From assembly GCF_006345805.1 (NCBI RefSeq), contig NC_042999.1:60574001-60638000 (forward strand): a DNA stretch of 64,000 nt. The letters are read 5' to 3'. The DNA comes from Octopus sinensis. Taxonomy: Eukaryota. Positions 40,322-53,469 of this stretch are shown piece by piece; the stretch's first letter is position 1, and every line of letters begins with the position of its first letter. Under the pieces are notes generated by a model. The model was not told where the DNA came from and did no database searches. It saw nothing but the letters and a program-made list of their open reading frames with translations. The translations under genes were made by a program, and so were the position numbers.

Positions 40322-40893
40322 ACTCTAGGCACAAGGCCCGAAATTTTAGGAGAGGGGCTCATTCGATTGCATCTACCCCAGTACGCAACTGGTACTTAAT
40401 TTTTCGACCTCGAAAGGATGAAAGGCAAAGTTGACCTCGGCGGAATTTCAACTCTGAACGTAACGCCAGACGAAATACCTATTTCTTTACTACCCACAAG
40501 GGGCCAAACAGAGAGATAACAAACAAGGACAGACAAACGGATTAAGTCGATTATATCGACCCCGGTACGTAATTGGTACTTATTTAATCGACCCCGAAAG
40601 GATGAAAGGTAAAGTCGACCTCGGCGGAATTTGAACTCAGAACGTAACGGCAGACGATACACCTATTTCTTTACTATCCACAAGGGGCTAAACACAGAGG
40701 GGAAAATAAGGACAGGCAAACGGATTAAGTCGATTACATCGATCCCAGTGTGTAACTGGTACTTATTTAATCGACCCCGAAAGGATGAAAGGCAGAGTTG
40801 ACCTCGGCGGAATTTGAACTCAGAACGTATCGGCAGACGAAATACGGCTACGCATTTCGCCCGGCGTGCTAGCAATTCTGCCAGCTCGCCGCC
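40322..40893 (-). mobile_element. SINE family B trimer (one head plus three bodies)
   Basis: Head at 40845-40893. Bodies restart at GGTATTTCGTC / GGTGTATCGTC. The last body has the short-tail 3' end. Confidence 0.92.
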
Positions 40894-42736
40894 TTAGCAC
40901 ACAATATTAAGTGATACAATGCTGCTATTGCTGCAAGTTTCTGTTTCCTTTGTTTTCAAATGAACTTTTCCATTATCATTCTTTTTGTTGTATCTTCTAT
41001 CGTAGCAATGTTTGTATGCTTCTAATTCTGTACATGTTCCCTTTTTATTTCATCCCATATATTTGAAGAGCGCATAATCCTCACATTTGCGAGGCAACCA
41101 TTTTGAACGTGTGTATATTTTCAAAAGACGATCTACCTAAAGATGTGTTACAATGCTTTAAGGTGTCTAGTGATATCTCTGCCCCTTACTTACGTGGTAA
41201 ACGTGCGCCACTAAGTAGCAAAGGTGGTGGTGGTAGTAGTAGTAGGAAAAGGAGGAGGAGGGGGGAGGAAGAGGAGTAGTAGCAGCAGTAGCAGCAGCAA
41301 GAAGGAGACAAACTAGATTTGTGGGCTGGGTAAAGCAAGACATATGTTTCATATTACAAGTGTTTAAACATTTCGTTAAATATTATTCCAAGCAAGTCTG
41401 CGGAAAAGTTATGAAACTTTCCTTCTTGTTCGATGACGGGCTCTATCAGGAACATCAGATTGTAACTAATGCTATTTTAACTAAGGAAAATCTAAAAGAG
41501 ACGCCATATGCATGGAAAACAGGTATTTTAAACATTGGTAACATATTCTGTTGTGTTTGGCGAGAGTCATTTTCTTTTTGTGAATTATTATATTTCCATT
41601 TATTTCTTACCAGTGAGTGTGTTAAATTATAAGGCACAAAAAGAAAATTACTCTCCTCAGACACAACAGAATATGCTTCAACACACGAACTCACATAAAG
41701 AATCCTGCAAACCAAATCCAAAAGCGAAATATTGCTAAAATATACAATGTGCTGCGCAAAGAGATAATCGTTTCAATTAACGGAAATTATGCCATCCATA
41801 AACAAATGTTTTTTTCTCAACACAGCATGCGTAAGTATAAATTTCAATAAGTAATTTTGCATAGTTGTCATCCCCTTTCTAGCCTCAATTATATTTAAAC
41901 ACAGAAATAAACTTTCCATTTCAGGAGGAACATGTTATACCTACAATATTATTTAGGCTTTCTAGGACTGGAAGTATACAATTTGTGAAGTGTATATGCT
42001 TGCTATTTGCTGAAGATTGTGACACCTCTGGTTCTCGGTTTCACATCTATAAAACATAACCGAACAGATCGTTGAACGAATATAAATTTATGGGTAATGC
42101 AGCATGTACACCTGTTAGTTATATCACTGAGTAGTTGACCATTCCATAATTTCAGTTGAATAAATCAGTCAAAATATAATCTATCCACACAGTAGTGGGA
42201 TAACTATCTTCAAAACCTTGTCATTGATATGAACAGTCGAATAAAATATTGCCCGAAGAGAATTCCAGAGAAAGGAGATAACGGCTGTGAGGCTTATGTT
42301 TATCCATTAACAGCAGCGATATGAATTGTATAAAGGGAATTAGTTATAAGTGGGAATAGAATATGATGCAACCTATTAGATATAAAAGCCAAATCTCCCT
42401 CAGATCATAAGCAATAGCCACGATGACCTGAAAAAAGGAAAAAAGCAAAGAATCGATAGTTTAGACGATGTTATTTTAAATCCATTGTGACTGTCAAAAA
42501 TGGACCACTGGTTGCAGAATGTGCTACAAATAGTTAGGAACACTTCTTCATATAAACCTCCACTATCATATAAAACGAAGCTCTCATTGGGTATGGTGGC
42601 ATTGATCAAGTTTTTATTTCATCATTATTGTTGGGACTAAACCTCAAGATCATGAATTAATAATGTGTTAAAAATTAATAAATTCAAGTGATAATTTTTT
42701 TGTCAATAATTATTTGCATTTGCTCATTTCTCTCTA

Positions 42737-43027
42737 ACTGTTCACAAGTATATCAAGCATTGCCTGTCTGGCACACGAAAAGTTGGATGCCGATTGTGAG
42801 ATGATTGCGTCCGCCATCACACAAGCTTCAAGAGCAAGTTTATCATGAGATGCCAGTAACACTTTTACAGCTGTCGTTGATCCTGCTTCGCCCCACTTCA
42901 ACCCTGACCTATTATATTTGGAATCAATGACGTTCATGACGTGGCCATGCAGTCCTATTTCCCTGCGAACATACTCTCCAACTTGTTGGTTTCCAAGACG
43001 CCTGGTTACTACATGATGGAATTTGGA
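42737..43027 (-). CDS. Candidate coding exon, unidentified (SKFHHVVTRRLGNQQVGEYVRREIGLHGHVMNVIDSKYNRSGLKWGEAGSTTAVKVLL...)
   Basis: The frame opens immediately after the acceptor CTGTCTCCTGCTGTATATAACAG. About 96 non-repetitive codons, more GC-rich than the flanks. Donor unclear. Confidence 0.45.
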
Positions 43028-43304
43028 CTGTTATATACAGCAGGAGACAGTGACCACTAGCAGCTCAACGCTCAGCCGCTGGTCTGTGATGGCAAGGATA
43101 CTAGGTGATAATGGTAGCGATGGTGGCGGAGATGGTGGTCGTAGTGCTCTCTCATGTAACAAATCCATGTAAAACGAGTGGGTGGATTTATGATAGAAAT
43201 TTGAAACTTTAAAAAAAAATTATTACTTAGATTCATGTGAATTCAAATCAGAGTATTGCATTCATGACCATCATGTATATATATATATATATATATATAT
43301 ATGT

Positions 43305-44035
43305 CAGGCACACTTGTTTGTCCCTCTTCAAGGTTACCATATCCGGCTTTCGGAGTAGTGTTTCTTCTCTCTCGTTGGATGTTCTTGTTCGTAATTCATG
43401 AGCACTCTCAAGTCTATTTTTGTTAGCTCCTTCTGCACTAGCACCATACTCTAATCTTCTTTGCTATTTATCAAATATTCTGCCTGTGTACATCTGCCTT
43501 AGGCTGGAGGGCACCATGCATTGTAATTGCCTTTTGGGTTGTGCGATCGAGTTTATCAATCTCCGCTTGTGTCCATCTCAAGATGGGTGCATTATAGCGG
43601 ACTACAGAAACAGCCTATATGTTGATAACAGTTACAAGGTTTCTTGAGTTGCGCTATGACTTCAAGAGAAGTTTGAGGTGCTTGAAATATGCAGTGATGT
43701 ACTGATGACCTCATCTTTCATTTCTCTGTTCAAGATATTTTCAATCTCCAGGATTCTAAGGTACTTGTACCCATCATCATCCAGGTCTTCCATTCTCCCT
43801 CCATTTGGCAATTCTATGCCCCAACAATTTACTCTTTTACCCACTTCAAAGTAATCACCGCACCATTCGAGATATCAAATTCCATCCCCATATTCTTGCT
43901 GCACATTTGCGCAGTCTCAACCAGCCTCTCTAGTTGAGGATGTGTTTTTGCAGCAGTTTTAAATCATCCATGAATAGGAGGCGGTCAAGTCGAGGTCGTT
44001 CTTTCTCAGCTCATAGTGCAAGTTGATTTTACATA
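43305..44035 (-). pseudogene. Dong/R4-like LINE reverse transcriptase fragment
   Basis: LLFMDDLK...GMEFDISN...GIELPNG...DDDGYKYLRILE...MHGAL...GRRS. Frameshifted. Confidence 0.9.
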
Positions 44036-44489
44036 GGACATATTATATTATTTTTGTTGTTATTATTATTTTTTTTCCCTTCTTTCTTCAAATTTTCTTC
44101 CGTTTCTCACCGAGTATTTTCCTTACACCTAGGGCAGAGAAGCTCATTGTGTGCATTCCCAGATTACACACGCAAATTTACAGGTAAAATATGTATTTAA
44201 ACAATTAATAATGAATGAATAGATGTTGTTTTCACAGCGATAATGCTCTTCTCAGTACATGAGCCGTTCCAGGTAACACGATGTTTTGCACTTCAAGAGA
44301 ATGTTTAAGAAACCATAAGAAAATTACGTGCTTGTATTAAAACTTGAGATTACTTAGAAAGTATTTTCGTAGGATATGGGCAGTTCCCATATCTTTTGAA
44401 TTTCTGCCATTTTGGGGTTTCCTTGTATCTGAGCTAAAGTAGCAATCAGCCCCTTTTGCTATCATTCCCAGGGCACCTATGACAACAGG

Positions 44490-44646
44490 TATTGTTTTAG
44501 TCTTATTATCATTATTAATATTATTGTTACTATTATTATTATATTATTATTATTATATTATTATTATTATTATATTATTATTATTATATTATTATTATTA
44601 TTATATTATCATTATTATTATTATTATTATTATCATCATCATCATT

Positions 44647-44690
<44 letters not shown>

Positions 44691-44693
44691 TAC

Positions 44694-44732
<39 letters not shown>

Positions 44733-44735
44733 CGT
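44490..44735. repeat. (ATT)n/(ATC)n compound microsatellite
   Basis: Directly visible. A similar (TTC)n-(TTA)n array lies at 53012-53200. Confidence 0.95.
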
Positions 44736-45458
44736 TCTAGTTGTTTCTGTTGTTGCTGTCGCTTTTGAATTCTCCAATTTTCACTTGAAAAGGAAATTGC
44801 GGGTGAAGAGTGAAGTGCTGTCCTCGAGTGAGTTTACTGAAAGTTGGGTGAAAGTTGCGTAAATGGCAAGAGTGAATGTTACCTATCTAAGTGTAGACCT
44901 GTGAGTCGGAGAATGGGAATTGGAAAGGACACTTAATTTTGGTGTTCAGAAAGATCTCAGAGAGTAGGGTTCCTCGTTTATCCTTAGAGGTCACCCTGTA
45001 TTAGGAGAGCTGCATCTCTATCATCCCCACCATTTTTAAAATGTGTATATTACGTTTGTTTCCCTTCGTGTATGTTGTACCGTGTAATAGAAAGGATTAT
45101 TATTATTGTTATTATTATTTGCAACATACTGAGTCACGAATGTTTATTGATCCATGAAACGGATGTAGTTATACATACTGCAGGATTTCCGTAGATGCGA
45201 TCTTGCTTGTAGCAAGTCTGATCAATGATGCGGCGCACTGAACAGTTCATCCTCCTGTCTCCAGTCTTAGGTGCATTTCCGCGTTCCAGTCTTTAAGCAA
45301 AACTATCTTTTTTTGTAAATCTATTTTCTTTCTATATCTTTTTTTTTATATATCTAATTCATTTATTTCAATATATTTTCGCCTGTTTGTTTTGCAAACG
45401 GAAAGTGTGCCATTCTAAATAAAATAAATAAATAAAAGACAAGAGAATGAGCACATAT

Positions 45459-45735
45459 GCGCAGGCGTGGCTATGTGGTAAGAAGCTTACTTTCTAACCA
45501 CACGATTCCGGGTTCAGTCCCAATACACGATACCTTGGGCAAGTGTCTTCTACTATAGGCTGGGGTCGACCGAAGCCTTGTCAATGGATTTAATAGGTGG
45601 AAACTGAAAGAATCTCGTCGTATATATATGTGTGTGTATATCTATGTGTGTGCGTCTATGTGTCTGTATTTGTCCTGCTTAACAACCAGTGTCGGTGTAT
45701 TTATGTCACTGTAATCCAACAGTCCGGCAAATGAC
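45459..45735 (+). mobile_element. SINE family A 5' portion
   Basis: Head, B box and core, truncated at the edge of the Tc1-like element. Confidence 0.85.
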
Positions 45736-45736
45736 A

Positions 45737-47411
45737 CCGACCAACTTTAGATTTATACCGACCAATTTTAGAAACTTTACCGATCAGATTCAGAATTTTT
45801 TATACATATTTCTAAATAAAGTATCTTGTACCCGAATATCTTTAATATGTAAGTTTATACTCAGAAATTGTACTACTATATTAACAATATATCAATTACA
45901 GATTTTTTTCAGTGAAAGTTGCACATATTTTATTGTGCAGTTATTGAGGAGAATTTCAAGGAATATTTAATTGGGCTGAAAACATCTATTGATGACAAGG
46001 GAATTTCGACACCTGTATTTATTCTACACAATGCAAAAATTCATCACTACGTTGGATTAAGCTCAGTATTAAACGAGCTAAATCTAAATTTAATTTACTT
46101 ACCGCCTTATTCGCCTTTCTTAAATCAGATTGAAAATGTTTATTTTTTTTCCTGTTTGGAAACGTTTGGTCTTGCGTTCCAATACATAAAATGATAATGA
46201 ACTAAAGGATTTATATCAAACAAATTCAACGAAATTAGCAGGGAACACTGCGATTCATTTCCTAGAAAAATGTTAGGCTATATGTGTTCTTCAGAGGAGA
46301 AAGAGACCATTAATGAATGAAGATTATGTATATATATAATCTTTATCCATTAATGATATCTTTCTCCTCTGAAGATTATGTATATATATATATAATCTTT
46401 ATCCATTAATGGTCTCTTTCTACTCTGAAGATTATGTATATATATATATATATATATATACATAATCTTTATTCATTAATGGTTTCTTTCTCCTGTGAAG
46501 AACATCTTCTTCAAAAAGCTTGTAGTAGTTTGTCGTCTGTAGCTAAAATAGTTGAATGATATAATCTTGCAATAAGGGTTATAGAGTAGTCTCCCTTAAG
46601 TAGGTTTCTCGGAAGATTATATTTCATGAGAAGTAATTCTTAATTATTCAAGAAGCTTCGCGCTTCTCTTGGAATTTTCTAGAATGTCTAGCGTTCCATT
46701 AATAAAAACATTTTGTTTGCCCTGCTCTTTGCTTCTTTGTCGATTAGACTCGGAGCCATTCACGTCGTTGCTATGTCTAACCTATTTCTCTATGCCACAT
46801 TGCTAAAAACCAGTATTTAGCTGCTATTTCTACATTTCTGAACTTTCTTGCATAGATTATTTCATTTAATTAATTTCTATATTTTGATTATGTTTCATCG
46901 ACAACCATTTAATGAAATATATTTTATGTAATAAATATATAGTTCCTAAATTTATTCATCTTCTCTGTAAGAATTCCTCTAATAAGATACATGCAGCATT
47001 TCTAAATAGATATTGACACTACAAGCTTTACTTGGATTTTATAAAATTTCTCAAATAGAAATATTGTATTGTTTTGTATAGTTGACAATAATATGTATGT
47101 GTGTGTGTGTATGCAAGTTTCATTCAAAAAAATGTTTTAATTGATATAATGGTAATATGTATGGTGTCAAAATTCCTGATTATAAGTGTTCTATAGTAAC
47201 CATATTTGGGTTCAAGATATTTTGAGAGATATGTATCAAAGAAAGAACTCTGAAGTTGATAGCTAAATTTTTTTAAATTGCTCGGTACAAATCTAAAATC
47301 AATCGATACAATTCTAATATTGGTTGGTACAAATATAATGTTGGTCGGTAGAAATGTAATTCTAGTCAGTGCAAATCTAATATTAGTCGGTACAAATCTA
47401 AAGTTGGTCGG
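45737..47411 (+). mobile_element. Tc1/IS630-like DD34E element relic with 21-bp subterminal repeat arrays
   Basis: Left CCGACCAACTTTAGATTTATACCGACCAAT is inverted at the right end (..TCGGTACAAATCTAAAGTTGGTCGG). ORF 45919-46194 has FILHNAKIHH...LPPYSPFLNQIE, with D mutated to H and 34 residues to E. Confidence 0.8.
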
Positions 47412-47422
47412 GAAGCAGAAAA

Positions 47423-47825
47423 GGCAGCGAGCTGGCAAAAACGTTAGCACGCCGGGCGAAATGCTTAGCGGTATTTCGTCTGGCGCTACATTCTGACTTC
47501 AAATTCCGCCGAGGTCGACTTTGCCTTTCATCCTTTCGGGGAAGATTAAATAAGTACCAGTTACGAACTGGGGTTGATATAATCGACTTAAACCGTTTGT
47601 CCCCTTTGTATTTAGTCCCTTGTGGGTAGTAAAGAAATAGGTATTCCGTCTGCCGCTACGTTCTGAGTTCAAATTCCGCCGAGGTCGACTTTGCCTTTCA
47701 TCCTTTCGGGGTCGATAAATTAAGTACAAGTTACACAACTGGGGTCAATGTAATCAACTTAATCCCTCTGTCTGTCCTTGTTTGTCCTTTCTGTGTTTAG
47801 CCCCTTGTGGGCAATAAAGAAATAA
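47423..47825 (+). mobile_element. SINE family B dimer
   Basis: Head at 47423. GGTATT(T/C)CGTC occurs at 47470 and 47640. Confidence 0.92.
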
Positions 47826-48160
47826 GAAAGGCATACAGGAGTACAACAAATGTAGTATAATTTCATAACAGTATCACACAGTAGTGTAGGTCATTTAAAA
47901 ATGCTGAGAAGTATAGCTCTCACTAATTCTTATATTACAGGAAAACAATTTCTTTAGTACCATACACATCTCATGTATTTCCAGTCTTTCCAACATATAT
48001 TGGCCGGTGAATGCCCTGGATACTGGTTAGCGAATATCCCCGATTGTGGCCGGCGAATACCCTGGATTCTGCAGTTGAATATGTTACCAACGTGGAATAT
48101 GGGATAGCAGTTAAAGATGGTAGAGAAATATGGCACACTGATCAGCAGTGGGTTCAACCT

Positions 48161-48265
48161 CAGGCTGAAGTACCTGGGAGTAATTTCCACTGAGAGGCTG
48201 ACGTAGCTGAGAATAATTTTCGCTGAGAGGCTGACGTAGCTGGGAGTAATTTTCGCTGAGAGGCT
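48161..48265 (+). repeat. 33-bp minisatellite, ~3.2 copies
   Basis: GAGGCTGACGTAGCTGGGAGTAATTTTCGCTGA units at 48161, 48194 and 48227. Confidence 0.9.
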
Positions 48266-49087
48266 AATGTGGATCCGTGACTGAATATGCTCAAAGAATC
48301 GGATGCATTTTATTTTTGAGTTAAAGTTACACCCTCACCGAAAAGAGTAAAACAGCAACAATATTATCACTACTAATAGCAGAAACTAGAAGAGACATAT
48401 TAATGATTACAAGTAGAGCGACATCACTGAAAGGAACTGACTCCATCAGTTCCATGACATACACGAAAAGTAAATGCACACGTATCACGAACAACAAAAA
48501 CACAAGAAAACAAAAGTCCAAATATAGATTAAGCAAACGCGATAGACGCTGCTACTAGCATGCACATGCAACAGCCAGTTTCTGCCTTCGACCTCTCACC
48601 TGCGATTTCTTTAGATTATGATGACAAAGAACCATAGTAAGCGTTTGGGTGGGGGGGGGGTGAATTAAAACGAGGAAGAAAAAAACCACGACAATCGCAT
48701 AATGCTGAAAACCTGATGATTTTATAGAATTTGCCAGTCACTGACCCACCACCACCAGCAAAGGAACAACATGAAAATCGAGAAACTTAAGAACAAGACG
48801 GGTCAAAATCTACTAAGAAAATAAACAATAATATCTTAGCTAGCAAACACGCAAACAAGAAATGCAATGACTTGGATTTCAAAAGGTACGAAAAAAAAAA
48901 AAAAGCAAAATAAATATGAATAATGAAGGAAATAACAAAGGAACAATACCATGCAAAGACAGAATCCATATCAATAGCAGCCGAACATTAAAAACTGCGA
49001 ATTCCCAGTTTCATTTTTCTAAATAGAACAGCAGTGACTTCATGCAGTACATATAAAGATGCCACTACTCTCACACACACTCACACA

Positions 49088-49138
<51 letters not shown>

Positions 49139-50760
49139 TAAAGAAAGGAAGAAGATAAGTGTGTAGGTTTCGTCTCCAAATTAGCAGTAGGTGGACTTCT
49201 GCCGCAAAGAGAATTCCAATGTGACGTGAGACTTTTCATAAATAGCGTGGAAAATTCAATCGGTATTTGAAATAATTCATTATCATTAAGCATTGGCTAT
49301 GTATAACGTTACTGGCGCAATAACGTAGTATTTATTGCAAAATAGGAGGATTTAAGCACTTAGCTGTAGTCTCCTTGAAAATTTATGTTTTTTTTTCTCC
49401 ATATGTTATAGAATGCTGAATTGATAAAGTCTTTAAATCTTCGATAAAATGCGTTGTTTCATTCCACATCATAGCACCTTTTCCTTCAATGTTTTTGAGA
49501 GACCGAAGACTTGTGAATGAAGCTGGGTAGACAGAAAATGTGTGGAAGCCCGTCGGATAGCTTCCCAATTATTATATGGGATGGTCTAGTTAACACTAGC
49601 ATATCTTCCTATGGCGGGCTTTAGTAATGTCCATTCGGTTGCTCTACGTAAACTTAGTTTCCAACAGTTTTGAAGGTGATGCACAATAGCCAAGAAGGTT
49701 GCACTTTTGTTCGAAACGAACCATAAGAAATACAAACTATTGTAATGTAGAACTGAGAATGCCTGGATAGTGACAGTGTGTCATCGGCGTTTTGTCAGAC
49801 TGATTTTCCCACAAATCATTTCTATGAGAACTGCAATCTTTGGCGAAGGGAAGAGTAATATTGGCTGGCTGGCACCTAGTTTGGTGTCAAAGGCTAATCG
49901 TTTTCTTTCACTTGACGTTGCAGTCATTGCATTCTAATGTAATGTAGGAGAGGCTGCGAACTGGCAGAATCGTTAGTACGATTAACAGCATTTCTGGCTA
50001 TATATTCTGGGTTGAAATTCGGTCGAGATCGACTTATGCTTTTATCCTTTCCAAGTCAATAATATATATACTACTTGAGTATTGGGTTCGATGGGATTAA
50101 TTATCCTTCCTCTGGTCTTGTCCCAAAATCCGATACCATTCTATGAAATATAAGGCACTAACGTTGATGAAGAAGGCTTTACTCCCAATTAAATTACTTG
50201 AAATATATATGACAATACTGAGAACACTTCGTGTAAATTCATACATGCTGGGAAAATAGAAATTAGTGACAGCACCTGCCCCGATGCAGTGTTCTGTTTA
50301 GATCCTGCATTTTCGATGTATTGAAGGTACTTGATGCAAATTGTGAACCGTAGGAGATAATAATATTGTTTTCAGTATGTTATTTCAGCATTGATGTTCA
50401 TATCTGGATATCTCCCATTTAAATTAGACACATATTACTACGTGCTTGGATTGATACTTTACTTCAAACGTAATTCCTTTAATGATGGTGTTTCAAAATA
50501 GTTTTCCGTCAGTTAGTGGTCCTGCCTATTGATTATTATAGGGCGCTTTGGTTTTCGTTCTTTTTCATACATGAAACTAAAAAATGCGGGTTCTTTCTTT
50601 ACTTTTAGAACATTGTTAGCTATTTTTGTGTCACAGGACTGAATTGATCTGGTAGTGATATTATAGACTGCTTCGTTACACTTCATAACATTTACATTCC
50701 AAGTTTTAAATTTATCAAAGCAGAGAAAGGCGTTGATTTAGTCGACATATAATTAACGTG

Positions 50761-51060
50761 GAGGTGCAATGGCCCAGTGTTTAGGGCAGCGGACTCTCGG
50801 TCGTAGGAACGCGGTTTCGATTCTAAGACCGGACGTTGTGCGTGTTTGTTGAGCGAAAACACCTAAAGCTCCACGAGACTCCGGCAGGGTGTGATGACGA
50901 TCCCTGCTGTACTCTTTCGCCACAACTTTCTCTCACTCTTTCTTCTGTTGGCCTGCTCGCTTAGCCAGTGGGGTGGTTTCATTTGAAGGCTAAAACAATG
51001 CAAAGCGCATTGTGACCAGTGATGTGTAGCAACATCTGATAGCCTTGTCGGTAACGGTGA
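50761..51060 (+). mobile_element. SINE family C with a divergent 3' half
   Basis: Head GAGGTGCAATGGCCCAGTG and shared body to about 50945. Confidence 0.88.
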
Positions 51061-51069
51061 TCACGGTGA

Positions 51070-51460
51070 CCATAATCAACAATGTCTTGCAAACAACTTG
51101 CACATGCAAGTGCTACCAGTTAAAAGCTCCTCCGTATACCGGAAGCTAGCAAGTGTATGGGGTCATCAGGAGAGAATGCGCGCCGTTTCGGGGACTACCT
51201 CTCGACGGCATCAATGCGCACCGGCCCCCCTCACTGATATGAGGCCCCGCTTGCTAGATCAGCTGGTTATGAAGTTAAACTCAATATACTTCTAGCCATC
51301 GCTCATCGTCTCTTTTTAACCAAATCCAGTGGCTAGCCTTCTCCACTATAGATTGGATATCAGTCATGGTGGTATTGACTTTACGATGAGTTAGGCCTAG
51401 CGATAACAACAGTCGTCCCACGCTGTGTCCAACAAACCCTCTACATCCGACTTCGATAGG
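51070..51460 (-). mobile_element. Hero/R2-like RLE LINE 3' end (ORF C-terminus plus 3' UTR)
   Basis: PIEVGCRGFVGHSVGRLLLSLGL...VEKASHWIWLKR matches the EVGCRGF...S.WLW.KR terminus of Hero-type elements. Confidence 0.8.
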
Positions 51461-51792
51461 AAAATACATACACACACACACATGCATATATGTATTCTAC
51501 ATAATGTTGTCAGGTCGTTATCACCTACAGCGAGGATGGATTTATGTGAACTGACAGGCCTTGGATTATTAATAGATATGAGACAGCCAGTTGTCCCTTT
51601 TCACTACTTGCCTGGTCTGTGCATACATTAGCATCATTGTTCACAAATCTTTCTAATTCTTTCTGATTATTTGTCATCTGCAGTCAAAATAAAACTGTTT
51701 CTTTTCTGCTTTTAATCTGAGAATTTTGAGCAGCTGTTGCTAACGATCACTTTCGCTTACTTTCTCTTCGTGGTGTCATGAAGTATACTACT

Positions 51793-52024
51793 CTTTTTTT
51801 ACTCTTTTACTCTTTTACTTGTTTCAGTCATTTGACTGTGGCCATACTAAAGCACCGCCTTTAGTCGAGCAAATCAACCCCCAGAACTTATTTTTTGTAA
51901 GCCTAGTACTTATTCTATCGGTCTCTTTTGTCGAACCGCCAGGTTACGGGGACGTAAACACACCAGCATCGGTTGTCAAGCGATGTTGGGGACAAACACA
52001 GACACACAAATACATACACACACA

Positions 52025-52059
<35 letters not shown>

Positions 52060-52217
52060 GACGGGATTCTTTCAGTTTCCGTCTACCAAATCCACTCACA
52101 AGGCTTGGGTAGGCTCGAGGCTATAGTAGAAAACACTTGCCCAAGGTGCCACGCAGTGGGACTGAAGCCGGAACCATGTGGTTGGTAAGCAAGTTACTTA
52201 CCACACAGCCATTCCTA
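51793..52217 (-). mobile_element. SINE family A, full length
   Basis: Reverse complement of all family A modules, including the (AAAAGAGT)n tail. Confidence 0.95.
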
Positions 52218-53042
52218 CTCATGAAGATTTTTTTCTATCCTTTTACCGCTAATGTATTTTCAAATACCGTTTGTCTTTTGGACCTTTTCAACTTTTAGAT
52301 ATTTTCCTGCCATGCAGTCACTTTCTAGTGTGTACTTTATTGTTTCGTTATTTAGACATTCTGGTTTACTTGTGTGTGTGTGCGCGCGCGCGCATGAGTG
52401 TGTGTGTTTCTGCCCATGTGTGCTCGTTTCTGTTTCCCTAATTACACAACCGAGTTTCATTTTTCTTGCTTCTAAATGTTTCGTTTGCTCACTGTTGCTA
52501 ATTCTAGCACTTCTCTATTTATTGACATAAATACCAACATTCTATCTATGAAAGGTGGGCATTTTCTCATTACACCGAGGTTTAAAAACTTTCTCAGTAC
52601 TCTCTTTGTTTTCCTACATAACCTCATCAACGCTCATAAACATTAGTTTATTAATCTGGTGTAAATAAACTGGACTGGTACTGTGCTTATACCTATCAAA
52701 TTATGCTTAGCAATGGCGTCTGTTTCCTAATAGCAGTCTGACACATTTGCAGTTCTCCTTTCTCATTATATGCTTTATTTCACTGTCTCTATTTTATCAA
52801 GTTTCATCTCCTCATTACTGTTTGTATTGGCGTTTCTGGTCTAATTCTCTTATTATGATACGTGCATCTAATTACGTTCCCAGTTCCAGCTTAGTTGAAT
52901 AATTCCGTTGTTATTCACTTATTTATAAGGTTTCACTGAAATTCTAAATAATTTTCCATAACATATGCATGCTTATATCTTAACTAAATTTAGACATAAT
53001 ATTTAATAAGTTCTTCTTCTTCTTCTTCTTCTTCTTCTTCTT

Positions 53043-53128
<86 letters not shown>

Positions 53129-53138
53129 CATTATTATT

Positions 53139-53173
<35 letters not shown>

Positions 53174-53469
53174 TATCATTATTATTATTATTATTATTAT
53201 ACCACCAGCATCATTTTCATTATTAACTTTATTTCAAATGTTAAATACTGTTATGGTTGTTATTGTTGTTTTTATTACTATCATCATCACGAACATCATC
53301 ATCTTCATTAAAACTTATTTGCCCTTAGATTACATTTTCCACGCCCCCGCCCAATGAACTAAATTCATTTCACCTTAATATCTTTCTACCTTGTTCTCGT
53401 TTAATTTTATACTTCTCATATATAGATCAATTTCCAAGAGACTCAAATATATTTCTATATAGAGGAAGA

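Noticed and set aside
40322-40893. Regularly spaced repeats that superficially resemble a CRISPR array
   Set aside because: The units are ~170-185-bp SINE bodies with no unique spacers and no cas genes, in a eukaryotic context.
47124-47496. Overlapping ORFs with PTNFRF / VGTNL periodicity
   Set aside because: They arise from the 21-bp subterminal repeats of the Tc1-like element.
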